Below are positions 49,024 to 58,323 of a DNA stretch of 64,000 nt, piece by piece. Source of the DNA: a virus. The translations under genes and the position numbers were made by a program. The DNA is taken from the IMG/VR virus record IMGVR_UViG_3300009059_000716, positions 1 through 64,000 of that record; one strand, written 5' to 3'. The notes below the pieces were generated by a model that was given only the letters and a program-made list of their open reading frames with translations, was not told the origin of the DNA and searched no databases. How positions within the stretch are numbered: the first letter of the stretch is position 1; the number at the start of each line of letters is the position of its first letter.

Positions 49024-49656
49024 TTGCCTAGAGCTCCAAAAATATTAACCAAAGAAGATATACAAAGAGCACAATTAAGAACTCGTTCTAATTTAGCAGC
49101 AGCAAGATATCTTCATGTTTCCTACCCACACTATAGGAAGTATGCTTTGTTATTTAAAAACGAAGACGGAGTTACTTTATTTGAAGCTCATAAAAATCAA
49201 GAGGGTAAAGGTATAGCCAAATTTAATCCTAACGGAATAAATGAACCTCCTCTATTAGATATCTTAGAAGGTAGAGTACCTTTAGAACATTTTGACTCAA
49301 AAAGAATCAAAGAGAGAATAATCTTTGAAGCTCTAATAGAAGAGAAATGTGCCCATTGCGGATTCTCAGAGAAGAGAGTACATGATACTAAAGTACCTAT
49401 CATCTTAAACCATAAGGACGGTAATAGGAAGAACTGGCTTGTCGAGAATTTAGAATTCTTATGTTACAATTGTGCATTTTTGTACGCTACTTCTCCTATT
49501 ACCGACAATCAGGTAGATAGAATGGAAGATTATGTAGATAAATCTGATGAAGAGTTTACTTGGGAGATGGATGAAGCTACAGTAGAACATCTTAAGAACT
49601 TAGGACTGTACGAAGAAGAGAAGAGACCTGGAGATGAGTACATCTCTAGACTTTAA
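49024..49656 (+). CDS. HTH + HNH-like protein
   Basis: AARYLHVS; CAHCG..HKDGN..N..NL..LCYNC. Confidence 0.7.
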   Translation: MPRAPKILTKEDIQRAQLRTRSNLAAARYLHVSYPHYRKYALLFKNEDGVTLFEAHKNQEGKGIAKFNPNGINEPPLLDILEGRVPLEHFDSKRIKERIIFEALIEEKCAHCGFSEKRVHDTKVPIILNHKDGNRKNWLVENLEFLCYNCAFLYATSPITDNQVDRMEDYVDKSDEEFTWEMDEATVEHLKNLGLYEEEKRPGDEYISRL

Positions 49657-49669
49657 TCTATTTATTATT

Positions 49670-49819
49670 ATGACAAAGAAGAAAACTAGTAAGCTTTCTA
49701 CCTTTAAAAAGAATAAACCTCTCGAAAGAAAAGTAGCCGATGACTTAGTAAGGCTACATGAACGTAATGAAAAGTTACGTGAAAAAGAGATAGGAACTTC
49801 CTTTTTAGACCTATTTTAG
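49670..49819 (+). CDS. Small basic hypothetical protein
   Basis: ORF from ATG 49670. Confidence 0.55.
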   Translation: MTKKKTSKLSTFKKNKPLERKVADDLVRLHERNEKLREKEIGTSFLDLF

Positions 49820-49870
49820 TTGGTCGTTATCTTTTTTTTCCTTATCTTTAATTAACTTAAAAAACCTATT

Positions 49871-50434
49871 ATGATGTATAGATATGACAGAGTAACTTTG
49901 GAATTTAAAAAAATTAAGTATAGTGAAATTTTCTTTAAAACTATATTAGCAACTGTAGTTCTATTTACTCTTTTTAGTTTAACCTATAAATTAGATAGAA
50001 CTAAAATAGATCAACTCACCGACGAAGAGAAACTAATAATTATCTCAGACTATAATGAATTTTCGGAAGAAAAACTTGTTGCTAAGATTAAGGAATTGAA
50101 CTTTAGATACCCACATATTGTATTAGCACAAGCAAAACTAGAAACAGGTTACTTTAAATCAGAAAGTTTTACTTACGCTAATAACTTATTTGGTATGAAA
50201 CAAGCTAAAGCAAGAGCAAATACTGCTGTTGGAACTTCAAGAGGTCATGCTCGTTACGATAGTTGGATTGAAAGTCTATATGACTATGCTCTTTTCCATA
50301 ACGCTTATTTAAATAAGTTAAGAACTGAAGCACTCTACTACGCCTACTTAGGTCAAAATTATGCTGAAGATCCTAAATATGTCGATAAATTAAAAGCTAT
50401 AGTAGAAAAACAAGAATTAAAAAATAAATTCTAA
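49871..50434 (+). CDS. Membrane-anchored glucosaminidase (GH73-like)
   Basis: AQAKLETG, NNLFGMK, YAEDPKY; N-term TM. Confidence 0.85.
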   Translation: MMYRYDRVTLEFKKIKYSEIFFKTILATVVLFTLFSLTYKLDRTKIDQLTDEEKLIIISDYNEFSEEKLVAKIKELNFRYPHIVLAQAKLETGYFKSESFTYANNLFGMKQAKARANTAVGTSRGHARYDSWIESLYDYALFHNAYLNKLRTEALYYAYLGQNYAEDPKYVDKLKAIVEKQELKNKF

Positions 50435-50440
50435 AAAGTT

Positions 50441-50809
50441 ATGAATTTACTATTTCCAAAGTATAAATTATCAGACAAAGAAATACAAATTAAACATATT
50501 ATTGAAAACCTAATTAATGACCCTGTTACTGTTAAGTTAATGGATCCAATTACATCTCATTATTACTTAGATAACAAAAAGTTGGGATACTTTATTCTCA
50601 TTAGTTACAGTATTATAAAAATTACAAATCATAAATTCTACTATACAGAAAATATTAGCAGTAGATTTAGCAGTGAAATTGAAAAATCAATCCAGGTAGC
50701 AATAAGTAAAGATAGAAGAAGAATTGAAGACGAAATGTTTAAAAACGAATCTGATCTTTTGACAAATATTCTTAAAAAAGTCACAGTTCCTAGTTTGAAA
50801 TCTGAATAA
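50441..50809 (+). CDS. Hypothetical protein
   Basis: ORF only. Confidence 0.7.
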   Translation: MNLLFPKYKLSDKEIQIKHIIENLINDPVTVKLMDPITSHYYLDNKKLGYFILISYSIIKITNHKFYYTENISSRFSSEIEKSIQVAISKDRRRIEDEMFKNESDLLTNILKKVTVPSLKSE

Positions 50810-50843
50810 TATTTCTTATCTTTATGTATATAAAAAATAGGTT

Positions 50844-51161
50844 ATGGCAGAAAAGAGGGGTGAAATTGAGAAAATTATAAATGATTTCAACACAGCTGGT
50901 AGTTTAGAGATAAACCATCCTGTAGTAGGTTGGCATAGAGTTACAGCTAAAGACTTCAGATCATTTGATGGCGAAAGAAGAATTACCGAGCCTGAATATA
51001 CCAGACTTAGTACGGTTGAAGTTCCTATGAAGACAGTAGAGTACTTTGGCCCTGTATACTATTGGGGAACTAATAAAGAAGTACGTCCTACTAATTCAGG
51101 AAAGATAATTGATAGCCCTATACAGGCAAAGTTAAACAGAATCTCAGGAAGTAAAGGTTAA
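50844..51161 (+). CDS. Hypothetical protein
   Basis: ORF after promoter; WHRVT..FRSF.G.RRI. Confidence 0.7.
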   Translation: MAEKRGEIEKIINDFNTAGSLEINHPVVGWHRVTAKDFRSFDGERRITEPEYTRLSTVEVPMKTVEYFGPVYYWGTNKEVRPTNSGKIIDSPIQAKLNRISGSKG

Positions 51162-51165
51162 TATA

Positions 51166-51459
51166 GTGAAGTTACATTTCGAAAATACACACGAGTTTGA
51201 AGTCCTATTCAAAAATAAATCAATAGAAGTTACAAATGCTATCTACTTAGGTATTGAAAAAGCAATGCAGGATGGTAAAAAGACTGCTATGTTATTTGAG
51301 ATTACTTTCGAAGAAGCAGAAAGAGCATTTGAAATATCTCTTCCCCGATCTCAATGGGTACAGGCATTAGAGTCCTGTCTTAAACATTTTCACGAACTTG
51401 AAATGTCAAATGAAGCAATAGATTGCTGGAAACTATTAGAAGCAGCAAAAGTCTGGTAA
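51166..51459 (+). CDS. Hypothetical protein
   Basis: ORF only. Confidence 0.7.
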   Translation: MKLHFENTHEFEVLFKNKSIEVTNAIYLGIEKAMQDGKKTAMLFEITFEEAERAFEISLPRSQWVQALESCLKHFHELEMSNEAIDCWKLLEAAKVW

Positions 51460-51476
51460 AAATAAAAAGTAAAGTT

Positions 51477-51737
51477 ATGCCAATAAAAAAAGTATCAGTT
51501 ACAAAGACATCACAGTATTATGTAGATGGGGAAGGTACAGTAGATAGAGATCGAATAGTTACTCTATCTCATGATTGGACTGAAAGAGACATAACCCTCT
51601 TTAAGAAACTAGCCAAACAAGGCGGTACCTGTAGACTTCAGGGGCTTAAGTATACAATCATACCAGGAGAAAAAATAACAACATCCAAAGGATGGGCGGA
51701 TGCTGGAGCAGCTCCAATGCCTGGACCAGAAAATTAA
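51477..51737 (+). CDS. Hypothetical protein
   Basis: ORF from GTT-ATG 51477. Confidence 0.65.
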   Translation: MPIKKVSVTKTSQYYVDGEGTVDRDRIVTLSHDWTERDITLFKKLAKQGGTCRLQGLKYTIIPGEKITTSKGWADAGAAPMPGPEN

Positions 51738-51742
51738 TAGTT

Positions 51743-51991
51743 ATGAAAGAACAAGACTTAATTGATCTAGGATTTATAAAGAATGATGTATCAGCAGAAG
51801 AATCAGGAGATATTTCATTCTACTACTATACTTATGATATTACAGATGAGTTGTGTTTGATATCAAGTGATGATGGAGAGGCTAAAAAAGATGGATGGTC
51901 TGTAGAGATGTTTGATTACGATGGTATTAAGTTTACTAATGTAGAAGACTTAAAAACTCTTATTGATGTTATAGAAAGGAATAAGTTATGA
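51743..51991 (+). CDS. Hypothetical protein
   Basis: ORF from GTT-ATG 51743. Confidence 0.65.
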   Translation: MKEQDLIDLGFIKNDVSAEESGDISFYYYTYDITDELCLISSDDGEAKKDGWSVEMFDYDGIKFTNVEDLKTLIDVIERNKL

Positions 51992-52635
51992 AAAATAGGT
52001 TCGAACTAAAAGATACCCGAACATTTGGACAAAAGGTAAAATCCTTTCTTCAATCACTTTTATTTTGGAAAGGTAGAAAGAAAGGAATGATTCACACTCG
52101 TAATTTAGAGTGGGGTGATTTTCGTTATATCTTTTTTCCTAAAAAGTTAGAAAAGTTTGGGTATTTAGGAATCACATTCTACAAAGAAGATAGTCCTTAC
52201 TTTAAAGCAATCTATCCATTAGTTCTTGCAATGGATTATGAAGCAAAACCAAAATGGTGTCCAAGATGGTTTCTTCGTTTTCTTCATGTCTTCGGTGATG
52301 ATAAAAGTTTGGTAAGAGTTAGAAACCATAAGTTGAGTAATCTACATAGAAGATTAACCAAAGGAATTCAGTTCTGGGATTGGAAAACAAAATGGACTGA
52401 TTATGACCTTCGTATTTCCATAAGTGGACCAGAACATCTACAAAATCTTGCTGATAATATAGAACGAGGGTATTATAGTAGAGGTAGACAAAAAGAGTTG
52501 GTAGAACAGATTAAAAAATTTGACCCGAGTGCAGGTATTATTTGGGGTAGTGTTAGTAGGTTAGAAGAACAACTTGAAGAACTAGAAAATAAAGAAGATG
52601 AAAGCAATACTAGAATTTCAACTCCCGGAAGATAA
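51988..52635 (+). CDS. Hypothetical protein
   Basis: ORF only. Confidence 0.7.
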   Translation: MKNRFELKDTRTFGQKVKSFLQSLLFWKGRKKGMIHTRNLEWGDFRYIFFPKKLEKFGYLGITFYKEDSPYFKAIYPLVLAMDYEAKPKWCPRWFLRFLHVFGDDKSLVRVRNHKLSNLHRRLTKGIQFWDWKTKWTDYDLRISISGPEHLQNLADNIERGYYSRGRQKELVEQIKKFDPSAGIIWGSVSRLEEQLEELENKEDESNTRISTPGR

Positions 52636-52831
52636 ACAAGATTTTGATTTCGCAACTCAAGGTTCGGATTGGTGGAATGTTTGTTGGGAAATGGACCAAT
52701 GGCTCAGAGGAGAAATGAAACATCCAGCTGGCGATATGAGCGATGATACTTACGAGGCATTACAAAAATGTAGAGAGAAACTAAGAGAACTGATTGACGA
52801 TAGTAACCTTAATTTAGATAACGTATTATGA
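52598..52831 (+). CDS. Hypothetical phage protein
   Basis: MKAILEF.LPED start. Confidence 0.7.
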   Translation: MKAILEFQLPEDKQDFDFATQGSDWWNVCWEMDQWLRGEMKHPAGDMSDDTYEALQKCREKLRELIDDSNLNLDNVL

Positions 52832-53157
52832 GTAAAGTAGAACAAAGAAAGATACTAATTGATATAATGAAAGCAGACGAAGCTTCTGGTCTATATGAAG
52901 AGTTAAATTGGAAGCTTGTTAGAGAAAGAGATGGACTTACTAAAGAATCAGAAAAGGTTCTATGGATTGAATTTAATGAAGATGGTAGATTTAAAGAGAA
53001 GTTTGATGAGGTAGCAGTAGGAAGATCTCTTCTTATGTCTCCATTCAATCAGTTCTTTACATGGCAGACTACTTCTATAACAGAGATAGTAGAGCAGAAA
53101 GAGGATTACATTAAATTCAAAACACAAAATTCAAACTACGAATTATTTAAGTTATGA
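52828..53157 (+). CDS. Hypothetical protein
   Basis: ORF; FKTQNSNYEL end. Confidence 0.7.
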   Translation: MSKVEQRKILIDIMKADEASGLYEELNWKLVRERDGLTKESEKVLWIEFNEDGRFKEKFDEVAVGRSLLMSPFNQFFTWQTTSITEIVEQKEDYIKFKTQNSNYELFKL

Positions 53158-53567
53158 AAGCATATAAAATGACAAACCGATATGGAGATAAATTTACATT
53201 TACTCCTCAAGAAGACGGAACCATATTATGGGAAGGTAATTTTGAATATTGTAGATTTGGTTGGCCTAATGACTACACAAAAGCCTTCTTTGAATATACA
53301 AGAGATACCGGAGGAGGTATTTCATTAGAACAGTTTAGAGAATTAGTTCACGCTTATGATGAGGTAAAAGAATCATATGTATTAGAAGACAATAAATATA
53401 GAGAACTTGTTACATCTAATAAAGCTATTATTAATATGGTAGATCCATCTGGCGGACCATACTTAACTTCCGGAATGGCAGTAGAAAGTATATCTAAAGA
53501 ATTAACTGATATGGAAATAGAGAGATTTGAATCGGTTAAAGAGGGTTGGAAAATATATTTAAGATAG
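53154..53567 (+). CDS. Hypothetical protein
   Basis: NRYGD, VDPSGGPY motifs. Confidence 0.7.
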   Translation: MKAYKMTNRYGDKFTFTPQEDGTILWEGNFEYCRFGWPNDYTKAFFEYTRDTGGGISLEQFRELVHAYDEVKESYVLEDNKYRELVTSNKAIINMVDPSGGPYLTSGMAVESISKELTDMEIERFESVKEGWKIYLR

Positions 53568-53627
53568 TTGTTTATTTGAATTATTCTTCTTATATTAAGG
53601 TATAATTAAAAAATGATAATAAAGGTT

Positions 53628-54845
53628 ATGAAAAAAATTATTTTAAGTCTAAGCATTCTTTTTATAGTTAGCTGTACAAAAGATTCATTTACAGATACTG
53701 AACTTGAAAAAGTAATTGACACAGTACCTATCGCAGATAACCCATTTAGTGTAACCTATACACCCGATTATACGAAACCTTCTTACTATACCAGATTGCC
53801 ATTTCCAGAAAATGTAAAAAATGGTACATATAGAGAGTTTAGCAATTGGCACCCTCCTCTAGAAGCTGTAGTTTTAGACTACGATAAAGATGGTTACTTA
53901 GACATTATAGACAATCAATCAGACTACGGGGTATTTAGAAGAAACAGTATACTATTTCTAAAAGGTAATTCTTCTGGTAAGTTAGATATTGATAGGGAGA
54001 ACTCATATAAACATACTGGTCTCATTCATGGGCGGAAAGGTCTTGTAGGTGATTACAATGGAGATGGATGGCCAGATGTATTTTTTATTGGACATGGATA
54101 CGATGTAGTAGACGGAAATCCAAGAGATGAATACCCCATAATGCTCCTTAATAATCAGGGGAAAGATTTTGAATATAGAGCTTTTGAATCAGTAGTTGGT
54201 TTTTTTCATACGGGTGCTAGTGGAGATATAGATAACGATGGAGATTTAGATATACTAGTAATTGACGGTACTAAAGGAGTTAGTAATTCTTATATCTTTA
54301 TCAACGACGGAAGTGGTAACTTTGAAAAGAAAACTTTAGATCAATATTCGTCTATACCTAATAATCTCTATGATTCATTTTTCCAAAAATGGACTGTGGA
54401 ACTAAAAGATATAGACAACAACGGGTACTTAGATATTATAATAGCTGGTGCACCGGATATGTATGATAGTACACCGCCTACTATAATGTTGAATTCTGCA
54501 AATGGATTTACCAGTAAAATTGAACTACCAAGAGAACCTGTATATAAATTAGTTGTAGATATAGACTTTTATGATTTTGATGGTGACGGGATAGATGAGT
54601 TAATACTAAACAGAACACCTTTAAATTATATATCTTATAAAGTTACTATTCATAGTTTAACTAGTGACGAGTACTTAACCACTACCTACTTCAATAACAG
54701 TGAGTATACAGGTCAGACTTCAGATAAATGGATGTATTGGATTTCTATCATTGAAAAAGATGGGGAACTATATTTAAAGGGAGACGATATGTATACTCCA
54801 CATGAATGGATTTTTGAAGATGGAAAGTTTAAAAAAATAAAATAA
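53628..54845 (+). CDS. Lipoprotein with FG-GAP/VCBS repeats
   Basis: Lipobox IVSC; repeated DxDxDGxxD (DYDKDGYLD, DYNGDGWPD, DIDNDGDLD, DIDNNGYLD, DFDGDGIDE). Confidence 0.85.
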   Translation: MKKIILSLSILFIVSCTKDSFTDTELEKVIDTVPIADNPFSVTYTPDYTKPSYYTRLPFPENVKNGTYREFSNWHPPLEAVVLDYDKDGYLDIIDNQSDYGVFRRNSILFLKGNSSGKLDIDRENSYKHTGLIHGRKGLVGDYNGDGWPDVFFIGHGYDVVDGNPRDEYPIMLLNNQGKDFEYRAFESVVGFFHTGASGDIDNDGDLDILVIDGTKGVSNSYIFINDGSGNFEKKTLDQYSSIPNNLYDSFFQKWTVELKDIDNNGYLDIIIAGAPDMYDSTPPTIMLNSANGFTSKIELPREPVYKLVVDIDFYDFDGDGIDELILNRTPLNYISYKVTIHSLTSDEYLTTTYFNNSEYTGQTSDKWMYWISIIEKDGELYLKGDDMYTPHEWIFEDGKFKKIK

Positions 54846-55244
54846 ATGATAAAAGGAGTAATTGCCGGAAACTTTGACGTAATGCATCCAGGCTACATAA
54901 AGATGTTTAAAGAAGCAGCAGCAAATTGCGACTGTTTAGTAGTCTTACTTCATACTGACCCTTCTATTGAACGCCCACATAAGCTTAAACCTATTCTATC
55001 TATAGAAGAACGTAAAGAGATGTTGTTTGAATTAAAATCAATATGTGGCATACTTACGTATACTTATGAAGAACAGCTCTTAGACTTACTAAAAATGGGG
55101 GAGTTTGATGTAAGGTTCCTTGGAGATGATTATAAAGGTAAGCCTTTTACTGGAGACTATCTAAACATTCCTATTTATTATTTGAATAGGGATCACGGGT
55201 GGTCTACTACAAAGTTTAAAAAAATGATAGCTAAAACTGTATGA
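54846..55244 (+). CDS. Cytidylyltransferase family (TagD/RfaE-like)
   Basis: GNFDVMHPG, ER.E, GDDY, R.H.WSTT. Confidence 0.85.
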   Translation: MIKGVIAGNFDVMHPGYIKMFKEAAANCDCLVVLLHTDPSIERPHKLKPILSIEERKEMLFELKSICGILTYTYEEQLLDLLKMGEFDVRFLGDDYKGKPFTGDYLNIPIYYLNRDHGWSTTKFKKMIAKTV

Positions 55245-55365
55245 TAATACAGGAAAAGATTTTAACCCCTCACCTAGCTACAGAAGTTACTTCCGGAAAA
55301 CGTTTAGTACTCGTATAATGTTCTTAAGACAAGAAAACTTACAAATTAAAAGTGGATTAATTTGA
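55241..55365 (+). pseudogene. Internally deleted, frameshifted 2OG-Fe(II) oxygenase remnant
   Basis: MIIQEKILTP-HLATEVTSGKRLVLV, then shifted frame MFLRQENLQIKSGLI*; matches termini of downstream oxygenases. Confidence 0.6.
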
Positions 55366-55430
55366 ATCTTCTTATTAGATTACAAAACATACCTATATTT
55401 ATATTAAATAAAGCTTTATAACTTATAATC

Positions 55431-57635
55431 ATGAAAGGAACCCTTTTTTCAACAGATTTTGTTAAAGACTCTAATGGAAACTTAAGATTGCTTGAAATCA
55501 ATACAGATACTGCTATTGTTTCTTCTGCAATCAAACAATTAGACTTTACAGGATTTAAACAAGTATTAGAAAGTAATTCTATTACAAAAGTAAAGACAAT
55601 CCATAAACTATATCAAGAAGATATCGTAGAAGCATTAAAAGCATACTTAGATGCAAATGTACCTTCAGTAAACTCTTTTGAAAGTATAGTTGAAGATAGC
55701 AACACTATTTATCCTACATCTGTAGAAGATGCAGCAGATACCTTTATCTTAAGGTTAGCTTATGATGAAGCTGCATTATTAGATAGTGAATATGCTAAAA
55801 ACACACACAATATTCTAAAACTATTCAGCGACAATGGGCAAATTAGTTCAACAGTTGGGTATTATTATGCTGGAGGCGGTAGTATAGAAGACCACCTTAC
55901 AAGAGATTTTAATGCTGAAAACGTTCCTGATATTTTAGTTAAAAACTTGAACACTACTTTAGGAGAGCCGATTGAGTTCTTTAAAATAGGTCAATCAAGT
56001 AAGACAGCTGAAGATAGATTTGCTGATGTATTCGATATGTTAGATGATACTAAAATTGCTATGAACTTCTACAACGATGAAGCAGCAGCAAAAGTAGAAT
56101 CTTTTAGAACATTACACATAGTATACGGAAGCGACCTAAACGTTATCGATGTAGCAGGATTTAAATCTTCAGCTATATTAGATAAACCAGCTTCTCTATC
56201 AGTAGTAGATGAAGATATAGTAACGAAAGTAGATGTAAAGCACTACCATGAATTAACTACTACATTACCTAGATTTGGAGTAGGTTCTAACTACGGAGGT
56301 ATCTTTGAAGAAGAGTTTATTGTAAAAGCAGACGGTACGTTAGTACCTATTAAAGACGCTACAGTAGGAGATTCCTTTAAATCATACTTTATTTCAGGTT
56401 CACCCGATACAGACATTGAATCAGAATATCTAGCATGGACTTACCCAGGATCTGAATTACCTAGTGGTTCTTACGCTACAACTTCTACTTTAGTAAACAA
56501 CTTAGAAGTAGGTTTATTCTATAATATGATCTTCCACGTAACTTTACAAGACGGAAGTGATTTTAGAGCAACAGGAAACTCTCACGTATTAGTTTACGAT
56601 GTACAGGCAGACTTATTAAAGTATGTTGCAGTAAACTATCTATCATCAGATAAACATAAATTAATATCTGCAGGAAATGGATTAGTAGATATTACAGGAG
56701 TTGTTTGTGAGATATTAGATGGGGAGTATTCTTCTCATATTCTAGATATGGAAATAGCCGATACATTCTTCATCGGTGATGGACAATTAAGCGTTAAGAT
56801 TGTTGCCCACAACTGCTTCCCAGCTGGTACTAAAATTACAATGGCTGATGGTTCAGTCAAAAACATTGAAGACGTTAAGGCAGGAGATAAACTATTAACT
56901 ATCAACGAAAATACTTTAGAACAATCAGAAGGTAGAGTTGGAGATGTATTAGTTAAGAAAGATAGATTGTTATTCGAATTCAAATTAGAAGACGGAGGAG
57001 TAATCAAATCTACATCTCATCACAGATATTTCGTAAAAGAAAAGTCATGGTTAACTGCTCAAGATATTCAAGTAGGAGACGTATTAGTTAGATCAAACGG
57101 AGATGATGTCAAAGTAGAATCAATTGAACAGCACGAAGGTGAGTTTGAAGTATTCCATATTATTGATGTAAAAGATAACCATACTTACTACGCAGAAGAT
57201 ATTTTAGTTCATAACTATAAAGCTTGTTTCATCGCTGGAACAGAGATTACTTTAGCGAATGGAGATGTTAAAAATATCGAAGATGTAGCAGTAGGAGAAG
57301 AAGTTCTTACTTACAACGAAGATAAAAAAGAAACAGAAGCAGGAGTAGTAGGAGACTTGAAGAAACATGAAGTTCAATCTGTAATCAGATTAACTCTTGA
57401 TAATGAGAATGTAATCGTAACAACTGAAGAACATCCTTTCTATGTAGTAGATGCAGGATGGGTAAAAGCAGGAGAATTACAACCATTAGATGTTTGTTTA
57501 AAAGAAGACGGTAAAGAATCTCTAATCTCTTCAGTAGAGGTATTAGAAGAGAAACATGAAGTATTTAACTTACTAAGCGTTTCTGAAAACCATAACTTCT
57601 TCGCTAACGGAATATTAGTTCACAATAAAAAATAA
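55431..57635 (+). CDS. Circularly permuted ATP-grasp-like domain fused to three tandem Hint domains
   Basis: DFVKD..G.LRLLEINTDT; Hint1 G290..VAHN, Hint2 C462FPAGT..LVHN, Hint3 C599FIAGT..LVHN. Confidence 0.8.
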   Translation: MKGTLFSTDFVKDSNGNLRLLEINTDTAIVSSAIKQLDFTGFKQVLESNSITKVKTIHKLYQEDIVEALKAYLDANVPSVNSFESIVEDSNTIYPTSVEDAADTFILRLAYDEAALLDSEYAKNTHNILKLFSDNGQISSTVGYYYAGGGSIEDHLTRDFNAENVPDILVKNLNTTLGEPIEFFKIGQSSKTAEDRFADVFDMLDDTKIAMNFYNDEAAAKVESFRTLHIVYGSDLNVIDVAGFKSSAILDKPASLSVVDEDIVTKVDVKHYHELTTTLPRFGVGSNYGGIFEEEFIVKADGTLVPIKDATVGDSFKSYFISGSPDTDIESEYLAWTYPGSELPSGSYATTSTLVNNLEVGLFYNMIFHVTLQDGSDFRATGNSHVLVYDVQADLLKYVAVNYLSSDKHKLISAGNGLVDITGVVCEILDGEYSSHILDMEIADTFFIGDGQLSVKIVAHNCFPAGTKITMADGSVKNIEDVKAGDKLLTINENTLEQSEGRVGDVLVKKDRLLFEFKLEDGGVIKSTSHHRYFVKEKSWLTAQDIQVGDVLVRSNGDDVKVESIEQHEGEFEVFHIIDVKDNHTYYAEDILVHNYKACFIAGTEITLANGDVKNIEDVAVGEEVLTYNEDKKETEAGVVGDLKKHEVQSVIRLTLDNENVIVTTEEHPFYVVDAGWVKAGELQPLDVCLKEDGKESLISSVEVLEEKHEVFNLLSVSENHNFFANGILVHNKK

Positions 57636-57640
57636 GAATC

Positions 57641-57781
57641 ATGCCAGTAGTATATAAATCATTTGATTACCAAACAGAAGCAAGAGACAAAGCAGTAGAA
57701 GCAGCAGATGTAACTACAAAACAGCAAATGAATGACATCGTTGCAAGCTTTGTAAATTTATTTAAAGCTAAACACCTATAG
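57641..57781 (+). CDS. Small protein, 46 aa (not in ORF track)
   Basis: MPVVYKSFDYQTEARDK...LFKAKHL; 5 nt after Hint gene, 14 nt before next. Confidence 0.65.
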   Translation: MPVVYKSFDYQTEARDKAVEAADVTTKQQMNDIVASFVNLFKAKHL

Positions 57782-57795
57782 TATACAGCTTTAAA

Positions 57796-58323
57796 ATGGT
57801 TACTGAAAAAACGTTATTCTCACAACAAGATTGCGAATACATTAAATCATTTTATGATGTAGCAATTGAGAAGAACGAAAAAGGTTTCAAAATAAACTCA
57901 GACAAATACCCACAAGGTATAGCAATAAAAGACGGTTCAGCAGTATCATGGAATGAAATCCAAAACGATACTCTGGACCGTTTCTTGTTAAGTAAGCTTA
58001 TAGAGTTAGAAATAACTTCACTCCCTTATCTTAAGCTAATGAAGTACGGAGTCGGAAATGAAATGAAACCTCATAGAGATTTTCAGGCATATGATACAAG
58101 TACAATCTATAGATCAACAACAATACAGCTAACCAGTCCGGAAGATTATAAAGGAGGAGAGTTATATGTAGAAGGAGTAAAAGCTAGTAATATACAAGGA
58201 ACTGCAATTATGTTTAACCCCTATCAAACACATTGGGTTACAGAGATTACTGAAGGAGAAAGATGGGTTATAGTAGCTTTTTTAGAAGAGTTTCATTTTA
58301 ATACTAAGAAAAGTTTATTATGA
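57796..58323 (+). CDS. 2OG-Fe(II) oxygenase (prolyl-hydroxylase-like)
   Basis: KY..G..PHRD, YKGGEL, H.VTEITEGER. Confidence 0.88.
   Translation: MVTEKTLFSQQDCEYIKSFYDVAIEKNEKGFKINSDKYPQGIAIKDGSAVSWNEIQNDTLDRFLLSKLIELEITSLPYLKLMKYGVGNEMKPHRDFQAYDTSTIYRSTTIQLTSPEDYKGGELYVEGVKASNIQGTAIMFNPYQTHWVTEITEGERWVIVAFLEEFHFNTKKSLL

Noticed and set aside
56814-57626. Hint domains as ordinary selfish inteins
   Set aside because: No homing endonuclease, tandem C-terminal placement, +1 residues Tyr and Lys, no host protein to restore.
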